Below, piece after piece: positions 28,477-38,061 of a stretch of 64,000 nucleotides of DNA. A program made the translations under genes and the position numbers. The notes beneath the pieces were generated by a model. The model searched no databases. It had not been told where the DNA came from and saw only the letters and a program-made list of their open reading frames with translations. Where the stretch lies: the IMG/VR virus record IMGVR_UViG_3300025154_000068, positions 1-64,000 of that record. One strand, given 5' to 3'. Within the stretch, counting starts at the first letter, position 1. Each line of letters starts with the position of its first letter. The stretch is from a virus.

Positions 28477-28808
28477 GGCTTCGTCGGCTCTTTCTTGGTC
28501 GGGGACTCCTTCGCGATCCACTCGTCGATCGCCTTCGCGGTGGGGAGCGCTGCCGGCGTGGTGTCGCGCATCTTGCGCACCGATTCGACGAGCTTGATCG
28601 CGAGTTCCAGGCGCTCGTCCACGGTAGTGTTGTCGGCACCGACGAATGCCACGTAGGCCCTGAGCGAGAAGATGATCAGCCCCGTCGCGAGCGGCACGCA
28701 CGCCGGAATCCACAGCGGCACAGTGATTCCTACGCCTGCCAGGAACACGACGAGCGCCGCTGTCAGGACGCCGACGGCGGTGATGGTGGTCAGGTCGGTG
28801 GTCTTCAT
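28473..28808 (-). CDS. Two-TM membrane protein, possible holin
   Basis: Two hydrophobic helices, charged C-terminus, lysis context. Confidence 0.5.
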   Translation of the reverse strand: MKTTDLTTITAVGVLTAALVVFLAGVGITVPLWIPACVPLATGLIIFSLRAYVAFVGADNTTVDERLELAIKLVESVRKMRDTTPAALPTAKAIDEWIAKESPTKKEPTKP

Positions 28809-28811
28809 ATT

Positions 28812-30674
28812 TCACATCTCCGGCTCGTGACCGAGCCCCATGTAGGTTTGCGTTCCGTTGGCGTTCGTCACCGTCACGACGACGGGCAGTGAGCTGGACC
28901 GGATCCGGAGCGGATAGGCCCCCGCTTCCGGCAGCGTCTCCCCGCATCCCACGGGGCCCTCGAGGGCGAGTTCGGGGAGGATCGAATCGACCCACAAGTC
29001 GACGACTGGGCTCGCACCAACGCCGGCTTCCCCGCCGTCGACGTCCACGCGCAGGCGAGTTGCGGTCTTGAGTCGTCCGAGCCCATCCACCCAGGACTCG
29101 GGAAGCGTGGCGCCGGCAAAGCGGGCTTCGTACGGTCGGTACGTCGGGCAGACCTCGGCGCCAGCATCAGCGGCCGACACGCTGGTCGTGGCGGTCTGTG
29201 CGAGGGTCTCGCCGCGGCCTGAGTAGAGCGTCGCGGTTGAGCCCACGTCTGCGTTCGTGCACGCAACTACCGTGTACTGCGCGCCCGTGGTCCCCAGATC
29301 CTCGTCGCGCCGCGGGCCGTTGTTCGCGAGCACGCGTTTGGCGATGTCTGCGGCCACCTCGAGGCGAGAGCCACCTATCGGATCGATGATCTCAACGCTC
29401 GGCCCGGTGACACCCCAGCAGCTCACGGCCTGGATCGTCTTGGTGCTGACGTTGCGGACCGCGTCGTACACCGAGACGCGCAGGTCGAACGGTGCAGTCC
29501 CCGGGCAGTCGAGCTCGACGCATGCGCCGTTGGGCGACTGCGTGCTGTCGGTGCACGTCATCTCCGGCGCGCCAGGGCACGGACATGTCAGAGCGCCGTT
29601 GCACAGCGAGGTGGCGTCCGGTACCGACGCGTCCCTGGACGTCCAGTACGCCGACGATCCTCCAGCGGTCATCGCGGCGCACGCTGGAGTGGACGTTCCG
29701 AATGCAACGCACAGATTCGACTGAGCGTCTCCGAGGTCCGCGGAGAGCCCAAGGGCATCGGAGGACGTCGACGACACGCACACGCGGAGCTTGCCGGCGG
29801 CCACGTGCACCGTATCTCCAGCCTGGGGCGTCAGCGTCGTGAGCTGGGGAGGCTTCGTGTCCGTCGCAACGAGGGCGCGCGTCGAGAATCCCACGGAGCC
29901 GTCAGTGCCAACGCACTTCAGGTAGACCGTGTGGTCCCCGTCGTCGGCGCCGATCGGAACGCCGGCGATCTGCATGCGAGTCCCGCCGGTGGGCCGGTAG
30001 GCTTCGCCTGTCTTCGTGCCATCGACGTAGACTTCGACCTTCGACCCCACTCCGACGCCAGTCAAAAGATCAATTTTGTACTGGTAGGGCGACCCCGCCG
30101 AGCTCGTCCTGTCTCCACCCTGTGAGGTCCACACGGACTCCGGGCTTGCCTCTGCTTCGGCGCCGGCGTCGTAGCCTCGAGGCTGCCCGTTGAGCCCGGG
30201 CGTGTCCGGCGACCAGGTCGGGCCAAGCATCCGGCACGTCGCATGGTCCGCGCAGGCCACGGTGACGACAGACACCGCGCGAGCTCCCGCCACCTTCGCG
30301 ACGAGCACGTGCTTGCCGCGGGTACCGAGCATCACCGACGTGAAGGTGACCGAGCCACCGGAGGCGGAGGCCTCCGCCACGCGCAGACCGTCGGCGGTGA
30401 GGATCGCATCGGTGCCGTCTGCAGCGTTGGTGCGCACGACGACATCGGTGGTGAATCCATTGGAGCACCCGTCGGAATCCGTCGTCTGCGTGCTGTTGTC
30501 CGCGGGGCTGGTGATGGACGCCCCGACCGGCCCGCTGTCCACGCTGGTCACGTAGTACAGGCCAGTGCCAGCGCCCGCCAGGAACAACGTCGCAGCGGCC
30601 AACTTGCCGATGTGCTTACCCAGGCGTTGGAACGGAGTCCGCAGGATACCGTTGAGTCGTGAGCCAAACATCAC
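28812..30674 (-). CDS. Membrane-anchored Ig-like repeat, Cys-rich protein
   Basis: N-terminal TM helix; ITSPADN / TDTKPP / IIDPIGG Ig-like strands; DAG linkers. Confidence 0.6.
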   Translation of the reverse strand: MMFGSRLNGILRTPFQRLGKHIGKLAAATLFLAGAGTGLYYVTSVDSGPVGASITSPADNSTQTTDSDGCSNGFTTDVVVRTNAADGTDAILTADGLRVAEASASGGSVTFTSVMLGTRGKHVLVAKVAGARAVSVVTVACADHATCRMLGPTWSPDTPGLNGQPRGYDAGAEAEASPESVWTSQGGDRTSSAGSPYQYKIDLLTGVGVGSKVEVYVDGTKTGEAYRPTGGTRMQIAGVPIGADDGDHTVYLKCVGTDGSVGFSTRALVATDTKPPQLTTLTPQAGDTVHVAAGKLRVCVSSTSSDALGLSADLGDAQSNLCVAFGTSTPACAAMTAGGSSAYWTSRDASVPDATSLCNGALTCPCPGAPEMTCTDSTQSPNGACVELDCPGTAPFDLRVSVYDAVRNVSTKTIQAVSCWGVTGPSVEIIDPIGGSRLEVAADIAKRVLANNGPRRDEDLGTTGAQYTVVACTNADVGSTATLYSGRGETLAQTATTSVSAADAGAEVCPTYRPYEARFAGATLPESWVDGLGRLKTATRLRVDVDGGEAGVGASPVVDLWVDSILPELALEGPVGCGETLPEAGAYPLRIRSSSLPVVVTVTNANGTQTYMGLGHEPEM

Positions 30675-30931
30675 CAGTACACCGTGATCATTTCGGCGGT
30701 GGAGTCGGCCTTGATAACGAATGCCTTGATCGCGTCGACATCTCCGCTCTGGTAGGTAATCGTGTCCTGAACCTCTCCGGCGTAGACGACGTGCAACGTG
30801 CCGCCGGTGCCAATTCGAACCAGGCGCGGGACCTTGTTTCCGCCTTCTTCGTAGAGGTTGATGTCCTCGGTGAGCGCGCCCGCCGAGGCGAATGTCTTCG
30901 AGAATTCCGCAGCGTCAAGCTGAGTGATCAT
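30671..30931 (-). CDS. Small beta-rich virion-type protein
   Basis: GGAGG RBS; tail-module position. Confidence 0.6.
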   Translation of the reverse strand: MITQLDAAEFSKTFASAGALTEDINLYEEGGNKVPRLVRIGTGGTLHVVYAGEVQDTITYQSGDVDAIKAFVIKADSTAEMITVYW

Positions 30932-30943
30932 GGTGTCCTCCGA

Positions 30944-31507
30944 TCAGGCGTCGTCGGCCTTACGTCGCTCGACGATGGGCAGAATGGTTGCGCCGGACGC
31001 GATGTTCGCCTGAACCGTTGTGTGCGAGTTCTTCGTCTGAAGCGTGATGGTGACCGTTCCGGTGGCGTTGATCTGCCGTTGCCCAATCAGCGTGAAGTTG
31101 GCGAAGCTCGCGCCGGCGGCTGGTGCATCGATCGCCGCTTCTCGAGACGTGGTCGTCGCCCCGTCCGTGATCTTGATTCGGAAGTAGGCGTATTGGTCGG
31201 CGGCATCACCTGCAACAATCGCCTCGAAGCTGGCCCAGACCGTGAGGATGTCCCCGGCGGTGATGGTGAGCGTGGTCTCGATCGCGGTGTCCTGCCAGGA
31301 GTCGGAGCCGGCTCCGTTGTACGTGGTTGCGTCGGTGTCGTTGACCAGGTCCTTGATCCGCGTCGCACGCTCTTGCAGCCACTTGGCCGCGTTGGCCTGC
31401 GCCTGCGCGACAGCTTCGTCATCGGCTGCGTCGTAGGTCTCGAGGTTCTTGACGGACTTGAACGTCGGCCAAGTTGTACCGACAGGAGTGATGTCTTTGG
31501 TCGCCAT
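30944..31507 (-). CDS. Putative tail fibre/virion protein
   Basis: T/A-rich beta C-terminal domain; after baseplate genes. Confidence 0.55.
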   Translation of the reverse strand: MATKDITPVGTTWPTFKSVKNLETYDAADDEAVAQAQANAAKWLQERATRIKDLVNDTDATTYNGAGSDSWQDTAIETTLTITAGDILTVWASFEAIVAGDAADQYAYFRIKITDGATTTSREAAIDAPAAGASFANFTLIGQRQINATGTVTITLQTKNSHTTVQANIASGATILPIVERRKADDA

Positions 31508-31515
31508 TCAACGCC

Positions 31516-32025
31516 TCACGCCGCGACCACGTACTGGTCGGGAATCAGTTGGAGGGTGCCGCCAAGGTTCGCGCGGCCAAGGATGTAGTTGGTGCCTTCC
31601 GCTGTACCGCGCAGCGCTGTTGCGTCAGCCGTGTCGACACGGACGAGCTCGCCCGCGTCGCCGGATCCGAGCCCAGTGATGGTGTACGGGATCAAGCCAG
31701 CAATCGCGACTGGCACAACGCTCCCGTCTGCCGTGCCACACACGATGCCGAGAGGGAGCCCGGCCTGGGCCAGTGCGGCCGCGACGGCGCGGGTCACCAC
31801 TTCGTTGTTCGACGCCCCCATGCAGACCGCTTCGCCGAGCTGCGGAGTGTCGCCACTGAAGTAGTACGGCAGCCAGAGGTAGGTGCCGCTCAGTCGCGCC
31901 TTCAGATAGCCAGTTCTCCTCGTAAGGTCGCCGGCTGGGCCATCAATGACGTGCGGCCCGTAGGGGTCCGATGCGGGCTCATAGACGACTACGTCGACCC
32001 AGTCCTCGCCAGTGAGGATTCTCAT
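31516..32025 (-). CDS. Putative virion protein
   Basis: ATGA overlap; LTRRTGYLK and decoration-like C-terminus. Confidence 0.55.
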   Translation of the reverse strand: MRILTGEDWVDVVVYEPASDPYGPHVIDGPAGDLTRRTGYLKARLSGTYLWLPYYFSGDTPQLGEAVCMGASNNEVVTRAVAAALAQAGLPLGIVCGTADGSVVPVAIAGLIPYTITGLGSGDAGELVRVDTADATALRGTAEGTNYILGRANLGGTLQLIPDQYVVAA

Positions 32026-32804
32026 GATTCGGTGTATCCTTCCTCGCCGACGGTCCCCCGCACGAGGCGGGCTCCTCGAGTTGGCCCAGCGACTCCCCGG
32101 CGCCACCACGGCCCGCGGACGTCGTAGATGCCTCCATCCGAGCAGATGAAGATGGCCTCGAAACAGGTCTCGCCAGCTCCGCGCCACTTGCGGATCGAGC
32201 GCTTCAGAGTCTGCCACTCACCAGCCGACAGCTTGGTACCCCTCGCCCCCCAGGCAGTCCCGTAGCGGCTGTCTCCGCGGATGAAGGTCGGGTCGTCTCG
32301 GACGTGGGCGACATCGCCGCCGGTGTGGGCGTAGTAGTCGATGATGACCCAGAACCGTGACCACTGCGATGGGTCGCCATCGTCGGGCGGGGTCGCAAAG
32401 ATTCGGACTGGAGCGAGCCAGACGTGGCCCTCGGATGTCTCGGGCCAGTTGGTCGGCCAGTCGTCGAGGTTCCAGCGCGGAGCCGCGAAGCCGCACGAGG
32501 CGACGCCAGCCAGGATCCCAGGGCCAGTGCCCGCCCAGGTCCACGTCACCCAGGCATCGCGGAGGCGCACGGCGTAGAGCACCGAGGACTCGCCTGGGGC
32601 ACGCTGGATCTGGCGCTCCCAGCCAATCAGCGCCAGCGCGTCCGACGGGGCGTACTCCGGATATCGCACCAGCACGCTCTGAGTCAGGCGCTTCTTCTGC
32701 CAGTCGTACTCGGCCGCAAACGCGGTGACCCACTTCGTCCCCCACGGGCCGCGGAGCCGGGGAGGGGAGAGCACCTCGGTTGCGTATTCGACGAAGGTCG
32801 ACAT
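32022..32804 (-). CDS. Baseplate wedge (gpI-like) protein
   Basis: APSDALALIGWERQI.R..GES...YAVRL...W..AGT; follows baseplate J. Confidence 0.7.
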   Translation of the reverse strand: MSTFVEYATEVLSPPRLRGPWGTKWVTAFAAEYDWQKKRLTQSVLVRYPEYAPSDALALIGWERQIQRAPGESSVLYAVRLRDAWVTWTWAGTGPGILAGVASCGFAAPRWNLDDWPTNWPETSEGHVWLAPVRIFATPPDDGDPSQWSRFWVIIDYYAHTGGDVAHVRDDPTFIRGDSRYGTAWGARGTKLSAGEWQTLKRSIRKWRGAGETCFEAIFICSDGGIYDVRGPWWRRGVAGPTRGARLVRGTVGEEGYTES

Positions 32805-33931
32805 CAGACCTCGGTGACCGTCAGCCCGGCGGACGTGCCAACGACGCAAACGAAGCCGCTGGTGGGCACCACGTCAGCCGCCGGGGCGGTTAGATCGGTA
32901 TTGCGTACCTTGGCGGTGTTGTACTGCAGAGCGTCGACGAGCTGGGTGAGGTAGGCCGTTCCGTTGATCGATAGGGTGCGGAGGTACGTTTGGAGCTCCG
33001 CGAGGGCTTCGGCCTTCGCGGTGCCGCCGAAGCCGGCGAACGCGAAGATGGTTCCGGTCAGGTCGATTGTCTGGTTGCCGGCGCTCTGGACGGTGACGCT
33101 GGTGCAGAGCGGCTTGCGCGCCTGGATCCAGCTGTTGACGACGCCCACCACTGTTCCGCTCAGCGCACCGTCCGGACCTGCAATGGTCACAATGACGTTA
33201 CCGTTGCCGTACGGGTCAGTCTCGACCAGGACGCGGGTGACTTGGGCGGCGTAAGGATGCTCGTTGCGGCACCAGTATAGGTACCAGTCGGAGTTGGCTC
33301 CGATCCCAAGCACTGCCCAGCGCGAGCGACAGCGCTGCTTGAGTAGGGGGTCGGACTCCTCGTCGGTCCCCTGCGTGGTCGCCCACGTTCCCGACCCGTT
33401 GTCGATATTCGTCGCGGTGACGCCAACCAGCGTCGTGAGCATCGACGTGATGGTGCCGATGGCAACGTTGTAGTCGGCTCCCGGGCTCTCGGCTCGGATG
33501 GTCAGGTCGAGCGTGCCACCGGATGCGAGCGTGCCGCCGGTGGTGTTCCAGTATCTCCGAACGCCGTCCGTGAACCAGAGCTGCCCAGCGAGGATGGTGA
33601 ACGGGCCCTCTCCGGGCGCGCACGTCAGCCGCTCCTTGCCCTCGGAGTAGGTCGCGGCGTAGCGGGTCAGGCCGTAGACCTCTCGAGCGTAGAGCGTGAG
33701 CCAATCGCCGAGCGCGGTCGAGAGGAAGCCGGATTTGGCGACCTCGACCTGGGTCTCGGAGTACATCCGAGACTCCTCCGCATCCATCTCGACCATGGTG
33801 CGGGCCACACCGCCATCGTTCCAGTCGGTGACGGGGAAGCTGGCCGCTCCGAGCCTGGCGAGCAGCCGCGCCTTGGCCTCGTCGTTGGTCGAGGAGGTGA
33901 TCAGGCTTTCGAGCGTGATTGTGACCGTCAT
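32804..33931 (-). CDS. Baseplate J-like protein
   Basis: GDWLTLYAREVYGLTR, AESPGADYNV, GTDEESDPLLKQR. Confidence 0.9.
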   Translation of the reverse strand: MTVTITLESLITSSTNDEAKARLLARLGAASFPVTDWNDGGVARTMVEMDAEESRMYSETQVEVAKSGFLSTALGDWLTLYAREVYGLTRYAATYSEGKERLTCAPGEGPFTILAGQLWFTDGVRRYWNTTGGTLASGGTLDLTIRAESPGADYNVAIGTITSMLTTLVGVTATNIDNGSGTWATTQGTDEESDPLLKQRCRSRWAVLGIGANSDWYLYWCRNEHPYAAQVTRVLVETDPYGNGNVIVTIAGPDGALSGTVVGVVNSWIQARKPLCTSVTVQSAGNQTIDLTGTIFAFAGFGGTAKAEALAELQTYLRTLSINGTAYLTQLVDALQYNTAKVRNTDLTAPAADVVPTSGFVCVVGTSAGLTVTEV

Positions 33932-34383
33932 CCTTGCACCGTGACGAGTTCAGTCGTTGCGCCTGTGACGTTGGTGACGAGCTTCCACGGGCCGGCCGCG
34001 CTGCGCCCCTCGAGCTGCGTGCGCAGCGTGCGTGTGGCGGGTGTCCACTGGACGCTGGCCTTTGCGCTCTTGGCCCGAGGGTCTTTCAGCGCCTCGGACT
34101 CGAGCCCGGATCGGCACGAGTGCAGGTCCTGGCGATCGATCTCGCTGTGACAGTAGCCGTTCAGGCTTCGACCGTAGTCGAGGCAGTAGAACAACGAACC
34201 GCGGGGAGACATCGTTCGCCATGCCAGCGCCCACGCTACGTTGCGCGTTCCCGACGTGAGGCGCAGGTAAGGATCGAGATCCTCCTCGCACATGATATCC
34301 ACGCCGAGGTCGACCTGGGTGGTGGACGCAGCTCGGCCCGGCGCGACCGGTGTGGGCGCCAGCGGGAACACGAATGTGGGCAT
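33928..34383 (-). CDS. Baseplate gp25/gpW-like protein
   Basis: PRGSLFY..DYG, EALKDPR; position before J. Confidence 0.65.
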   Translation of the reverse strand: MPTFVFPLAPTPVAPGRAASTTQVDLGVDIMCEEDLDPYLRLTSGTRNVAWALAWRTMSPRGSLFYCLDYGRSLNGYCHSEIDRQDLHSCRSGLESEALKDPRAKSAKASVQWTPATRTLRTQLEGRSAAGPWKLVTNVTGATTELVTVQG

Positions 34384-35892
34384 CTAGATGGCCTTGTTTC
34401 CTGACGTGTCGATGGCGTCGACTTCAAGGGCGAGGGCCTGGATCCAGCCGCCGTTGCGCTGAACGGTGAAGCGGTATCCAGTGGCGGTTTCGACGCGGGA
34501 CGACGAGGTGTACGGGCCGACGAAGCCTGTGCCGTCCCAGATCGTTTCGACCGCGTCCCCTTGGGGGGCGCGCACTTCGATGTGCCTGAGCGCGGTCGGC
34601 CCGCCGTCGTCGTCGACGTCGAAGACAACGGTGTCCGTAGGGCGAAGCGGAGTGCCCTCTGGCGGGGAAACCACGGTCACGGTTGGAGGGGTGGTGTCAC
34701 CCGCTGCCGACGTCAGTTGCTCTGGCCCGAACACGTACGCGGCTCCGGTGTCGGACGCGCTGTACCGAGGGGCTGCTACGATGAGTGTGGTGCCATCGTA
34801 CGCTAGGGCTTGGCCGAAATACTCGTTGCCAGCGATGGCAGCTGGCAACGCAAACCAATGCTTGTAGCCAGTGGCCCAATCCGGGTCCGGCAGAAAGGCG
34901 ATGACCATCCCGGCGTTCGCTGCACCAATGTCAACGGCTCCAGCGCCAACCACAACAGTATCGCCGACCACTGCGAGTGACCCGTGATACTGCCCAAACT
35001 CGTCCGATGTGCTTTGGAACCTAGCCACGTAGCACTCGTGCCTAAATGTCCAGGTGCCTCCTACAAGTTCGTACACGTGCACAGTGCCCGCAAAATACGT
35101 AGGAGTATTGTCTCCGTAGGAAGCAACTGCGAGTAGATCTCCATCGATCGCGACTGCGGAACCGAAGTAGCCGCTATTCTGAGCACCAGCGATCTTGACG
35201 GTTTGCGACCAAGCGGCCCCGTCGTAATCAAACACGTAGGCCGATCCGCTATCGGTGGCGCCAGAGTCGTCCGTGATTGACCCGACTACGATCGTGGTAC
35301 CGCTGATTGCGACGGCGCGTCCGTAGATGTCGTTGCCAGACTGACCAACGCCAGCGAGATTCTTGCTCGCTCCCCACGTCGATCCGGTGCGGTGGAAGGC
35401 ATACGCCCATCCCGAGTTGCCAGACATGCCGCCCTCGCCACCTGCGGCGATGATGTCGCCGTCGATAGCGACAGCCCAACCGAGGCCCCCAGTATCATGC
35501 GGGGTTGCAGAGACTAGCTTTTGCTCAAACCCCCATGTGCCCGCGACCTTGCGATAGACGTGCACCGCGCCTTCATAAATGACCGTCGTTGTCTCTTGTG
35601 GCGCGCCTACCACAATAGTGTCTCCGCTGATTGCTACGGAGTAACCGTATCGGCTAAAGGCGATATTGTTGGTCAGCTTGGCGACCTGCGTCCACGTGCC
35701 AGCGACGTTCTCGAACACGTACGCGGCACCACTCTGCGCACCGGCGCCGCTGTTTTGCCACGGCGTCCCGATGACCATGACATCGCCATCGACAGCGCAC
35801 GACCAACCAAATGCGTCGCTGGCAACGACGTCGGCGGGCAGCAATAGCTGCGAGTCGTGCGTCGTCTGTCCGTATTCGTAAAGGTCAGTCAT
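34384..35892 (-). CDS. FG-GAP repeat beta-propeller protein with C-terminal Ig-like domain
   Basis: Seven FG.SVAI.GD..VVGA...GAAYVF repeats; DTTPPTVTVVSP. Confidence 0.85.
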   Translation of the reverse strand: MTDLYEYGQTTHDSQLLLPADVVASDAFGWSCAVDGDVMVIGTPWQNSGAGAQSGAAYVFENVAGTWTQVAKLTNNIAFSRYGYSVAISGDTIVVGAPQETTTVIYEGAVHVYRKVAGTWGFEQKLVSATPHDTGGLGWAVAIDGDIIAAGGEGGMSGNSGWAYAFHRTGSTWGASKNLAGVGQSGNDIYGRAVAISGTTIVVGSITDDSGATDSGSAYVFDYDGAAWSQTVKIAGAQNSGYFGSAVAIDGDLLAVASYGDNTPTYFAGTVHVYELVGGTWTFRHECYVARFQSTSDEFGQYHGSLAVVGDTVVVGAGAVDIGAANAGMVIAFLPDPDWATGYKHWFALPAAIAGNEYFGQALAYDGTTLIVAAPRYSASDTGAAYVFGPEQLTSAAGDTTPPTVTVVSPPEGTPLRPTDTVVFDVDDDGGPTALRHIEVRAPQGDAVETIWDGTGFVGPYTSSSRVETATGYRFTVQRNGGWIQALALEVDAIDTSGNKAI

Positions 35893-36173
35893 CGGATCGG
35901 GATCGTCTGCTCGATGGGCGCGGGTGGAGCCGTTGGGGATCCGACGGCCGTGGACGTCTGGAGAGCGCCGGTTGTCAGCGAGATGACGGCCTCGGCGTTG
36001 GCCTGGATCTCATCGACGACGGCGGTCGCGATTGCGTAGCAATCGGCCTTGAGCGGGACGTGGCCGTTGGGGTCCGTCGCGATTCCAATGACCTCGGCCA
36101 TCGCGACGCGAGCGTCGTAGATGCGTTTCGACAGCCCCTCGGTGCACAGCACGTTCCCGGCCTGGAGTGTCAT
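35889..36173 (-). CDS. Small baseplate-associated protein
   Basis: ATGA overlaps; AIATAVVDEIQANA. Confidence 0.6.
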   Translation of the reverse strand: MTLQAGNVLCTEGLSKRIYDARVAMAEVIGIATDPNGHVPLKADCYAIATAVVDEIQANAEAVISLTTGALQTSTAVGSPTAPPAPIEQTIPIR

Positions 36174-36592
36174 TCTGCGAGCACCTTTGTAGAAGCGGAG
36201 GTGATGAGGTAGGGGCCTGCGGTGTCGCCGTGCCTAGCCACGCCCTTCAGCGCGTTCTTACCGAACTTGATCGTGGTCGAGGCGTCGAAGGTGACGGTGA
36301 TGGGGGTGCCGCTCGCCCAGATCTCAGCGCGGGGCTCCGACGGGTCGCCGCCCTCGAACATTAGCAGCACACGGGCGCCTGGCGGGACTGTCATCTCGAG
36401 ACCCGGGACGCCGACCAGGATCGGGACACCTTTGATGCCAGGGATGCGCGGGTCGTCGGGGAGTAGCTCAAGCTTGTTGCCGGTCTGCGAGACGACGCGC
36501 GCTGGGTAGCGAGCGAGGTAGTCGAGGCGCGCGCCGACGAGCTGCTCGAGCACGGACTCGATGCTCGCCTTGAATCGGTCCCAGAGGCTCAT
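36170..36592 (-). CDS. Baseplate spike (gpV-like) protein
   Basis: YPARVV...PGARVLLMFEGGDP; VARHGD. Confidence 0.75.
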   Translation of the reverse strand: MSLWDRFKASIESVLEQLVGARLDYLARYPARVVSQTGNKLELLPDDPRIPGIKGVPILVGVPGLEMTVPPGARVLLMFEGGDPSEPRAEIWASGTPITVTFDASTTIKFGKNALKGVARHGDTAGPYLITSASTKVLAE

Positions 36593-37227
36593 CCGAACCA
36601 GACCTTCGCGCGGGACGCGTGGGGGAACGCGGCAACTCGTTCGACGTGGCGCCCCTGCAGCGTTGTACCTGGCAGGATGAGGCCGTCGGTGGCAACGAAG
36701 ACGGCGTCTTGCTCGGGGAACTGTTCCATCACTTCGTAGGTGACCGTGGACGCAGGCCAGGTCTCATCTCCGAACCAGAACGTCCCATCGGGGAGGAAGC
36801 GCCACGCGAATCCGGCCGTGCGCGCCAGCATTCCGAGGCACTGTGCGGCTGGTCGCTGGGTCCGAATCCAGTGGGTGAGCACGAGGTCGAGCCCGCCCGT
36901 CGCGGTATCCGAAAGCTCCTCGCCGGCTTCTTCGATGACGTCGCGGATGGGGAGGCGAATCGGGGCGCCCTGGTACGACTTCGCGGGGAGCTCCTCGCCG
37001 AGCCGGCCGGCGCCGCCCGCCATGCGCAGGGGGATGCGACCGTGCTTCGACTCGCCGCCGTCAGCCACCGTGCCGACGAGCGGCTCTGCCCATCCGGCGT
37101 AGGAGAGCGTGGCAGTGCCGACGAGCGACACGTCGCCGTCGAGCACGATGTCAGCCCACAGCACACCGATCCTCGGCATGTGCAGCGATGTCTCGAGCAC
37201 GGTAATGCCGTTGAGGGTGCCTGCCAT
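36589..37227 (-). CDS. Baseplate hub-like protein
   Basis: Position; WRFLPDGTFWFG. Confidence 0.6.
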   Translation of the reverse strand: MAGTLNGITVLETSLHMPRIGVLWADIVLDGDVSLVGTATLSYAGWAEPLVGTVADGGESKHGRIPLRMAGGAGRLGEELPAKSYQGAPIRLPIRDVIEEAGEELSDTATGGLDLVLTHWIRTQRPAAQCLGMLARTAGFAWRFLPDGTFWFGDETWPASTVTYEVMEQFPEQDAVFVATDGLILPGTTLQGRHVERVAAFPHASRAKVWFG

Positions 37228-37230
37228 CTG

Positions 37231-38052
37231 TCACTCGTAGGTGCGCTCGTCCTCTTCCCAGTACCCGTCCGTGTCCCAGTTATCGCCAGTGTCTGGCGGG
37301 ATGGGCGGCGGCGGCCCAGGAGGCTCGAGTCCGTTCGCTCTCGCGATGTCCTCCCAGGCGACGTCTGCGCCCGCGGCGACGAGAGCCAGCCACGCAGCCT
37401 CTGCGTCTGTCCGGGCCTTGCTGGGGGCGGTATCTTCAGCGCTCTTCGCGCCTGTGGGCGTGCCGGTGCCGACATCTTTGACTTCAGCGGCCCATTCGAC
37501 CGCTTCGATCTTCACGCTCTTCGTACCCACGATGCGACCGTCCTCAAGTCCACCGATCCGCTTGACCATGATCGCGCGGATGTTCGAGTCCTCGGTGACT
37601 GGATGGATGATCTCCATCGGGTCGGACTCGGCGTCGTCGTTCGGATCGCGAAGGTCCGCGCGGACCCTGCGCCACTCGCTCAGGTGAGGAGGCGTCCACA
37701 GAAGCAGCGTGATTTCGACTTCTGCCGAATCCCATCCCTTGACCGTGAGCTTCGCCTTCGCCTTGCCGTCGGGGCTCTTGTCGTCGATCTTCCGCTCTGC
37801 CGGCTTCGAAATCGACACGTGCACCAGGCCGGGGAGTTGGTGCGCACCAAGCGTGCAGCGGTCCCACGGAGCTCGCTCGCCTGTGTCGAGGATGCCAAGC
37901 GTACTCGAGACCCAGAACGGGACACTGTCGACAACGATCGCCGGTGTCGTCGGCTCGCCGTCTCCTGCCGTGCCGCCTGGCACGTCTTCGGGCGGACGTC
38001 CGTTGTCTCCCGGGGGTGTCCAGGGTCCGAAGGTGTCGTTGTCGTAGGGCAT
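37231..38052 (-). CDS. Tail tube initiator-like protein
   Basis: LPGLV...KIDDK..DG..A.L..G pattern; position. Confidence 0.55.
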   Translation of the reverse strand: MPYDNDTFGPWTPPGDNGRPPEDVPGGTAGDGEPTTPAIVVDSVPFWVSSTLGILDTGERAPWDRCTLGAHQLPGLVHVSISKPAERKIDDKSPDGKAKAKLTVKGWDSAEVEITLLLWTPPHLSEWRRVRADLRDPNDDAESDPMEIIHPVTEDSNIRAIMVKRIGGLEDGRIVGTKSVKIEAVEWAAEVKDVGTGTPTGAKSAEDTAPSKARTDAEAAWLALVAAGADVAWEDIARANGLEPPGPPPPIPPDTGDNWDTDGYWEEDERTYE

Positions 38053-38061
38053 GGGACTAGC

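Noticed and set aside
28812-35892. Diversity-generating retroelement targeting tail genes
   Set aside because: No reverse transcriptase, and no template/variable repeat pair noticed by eye
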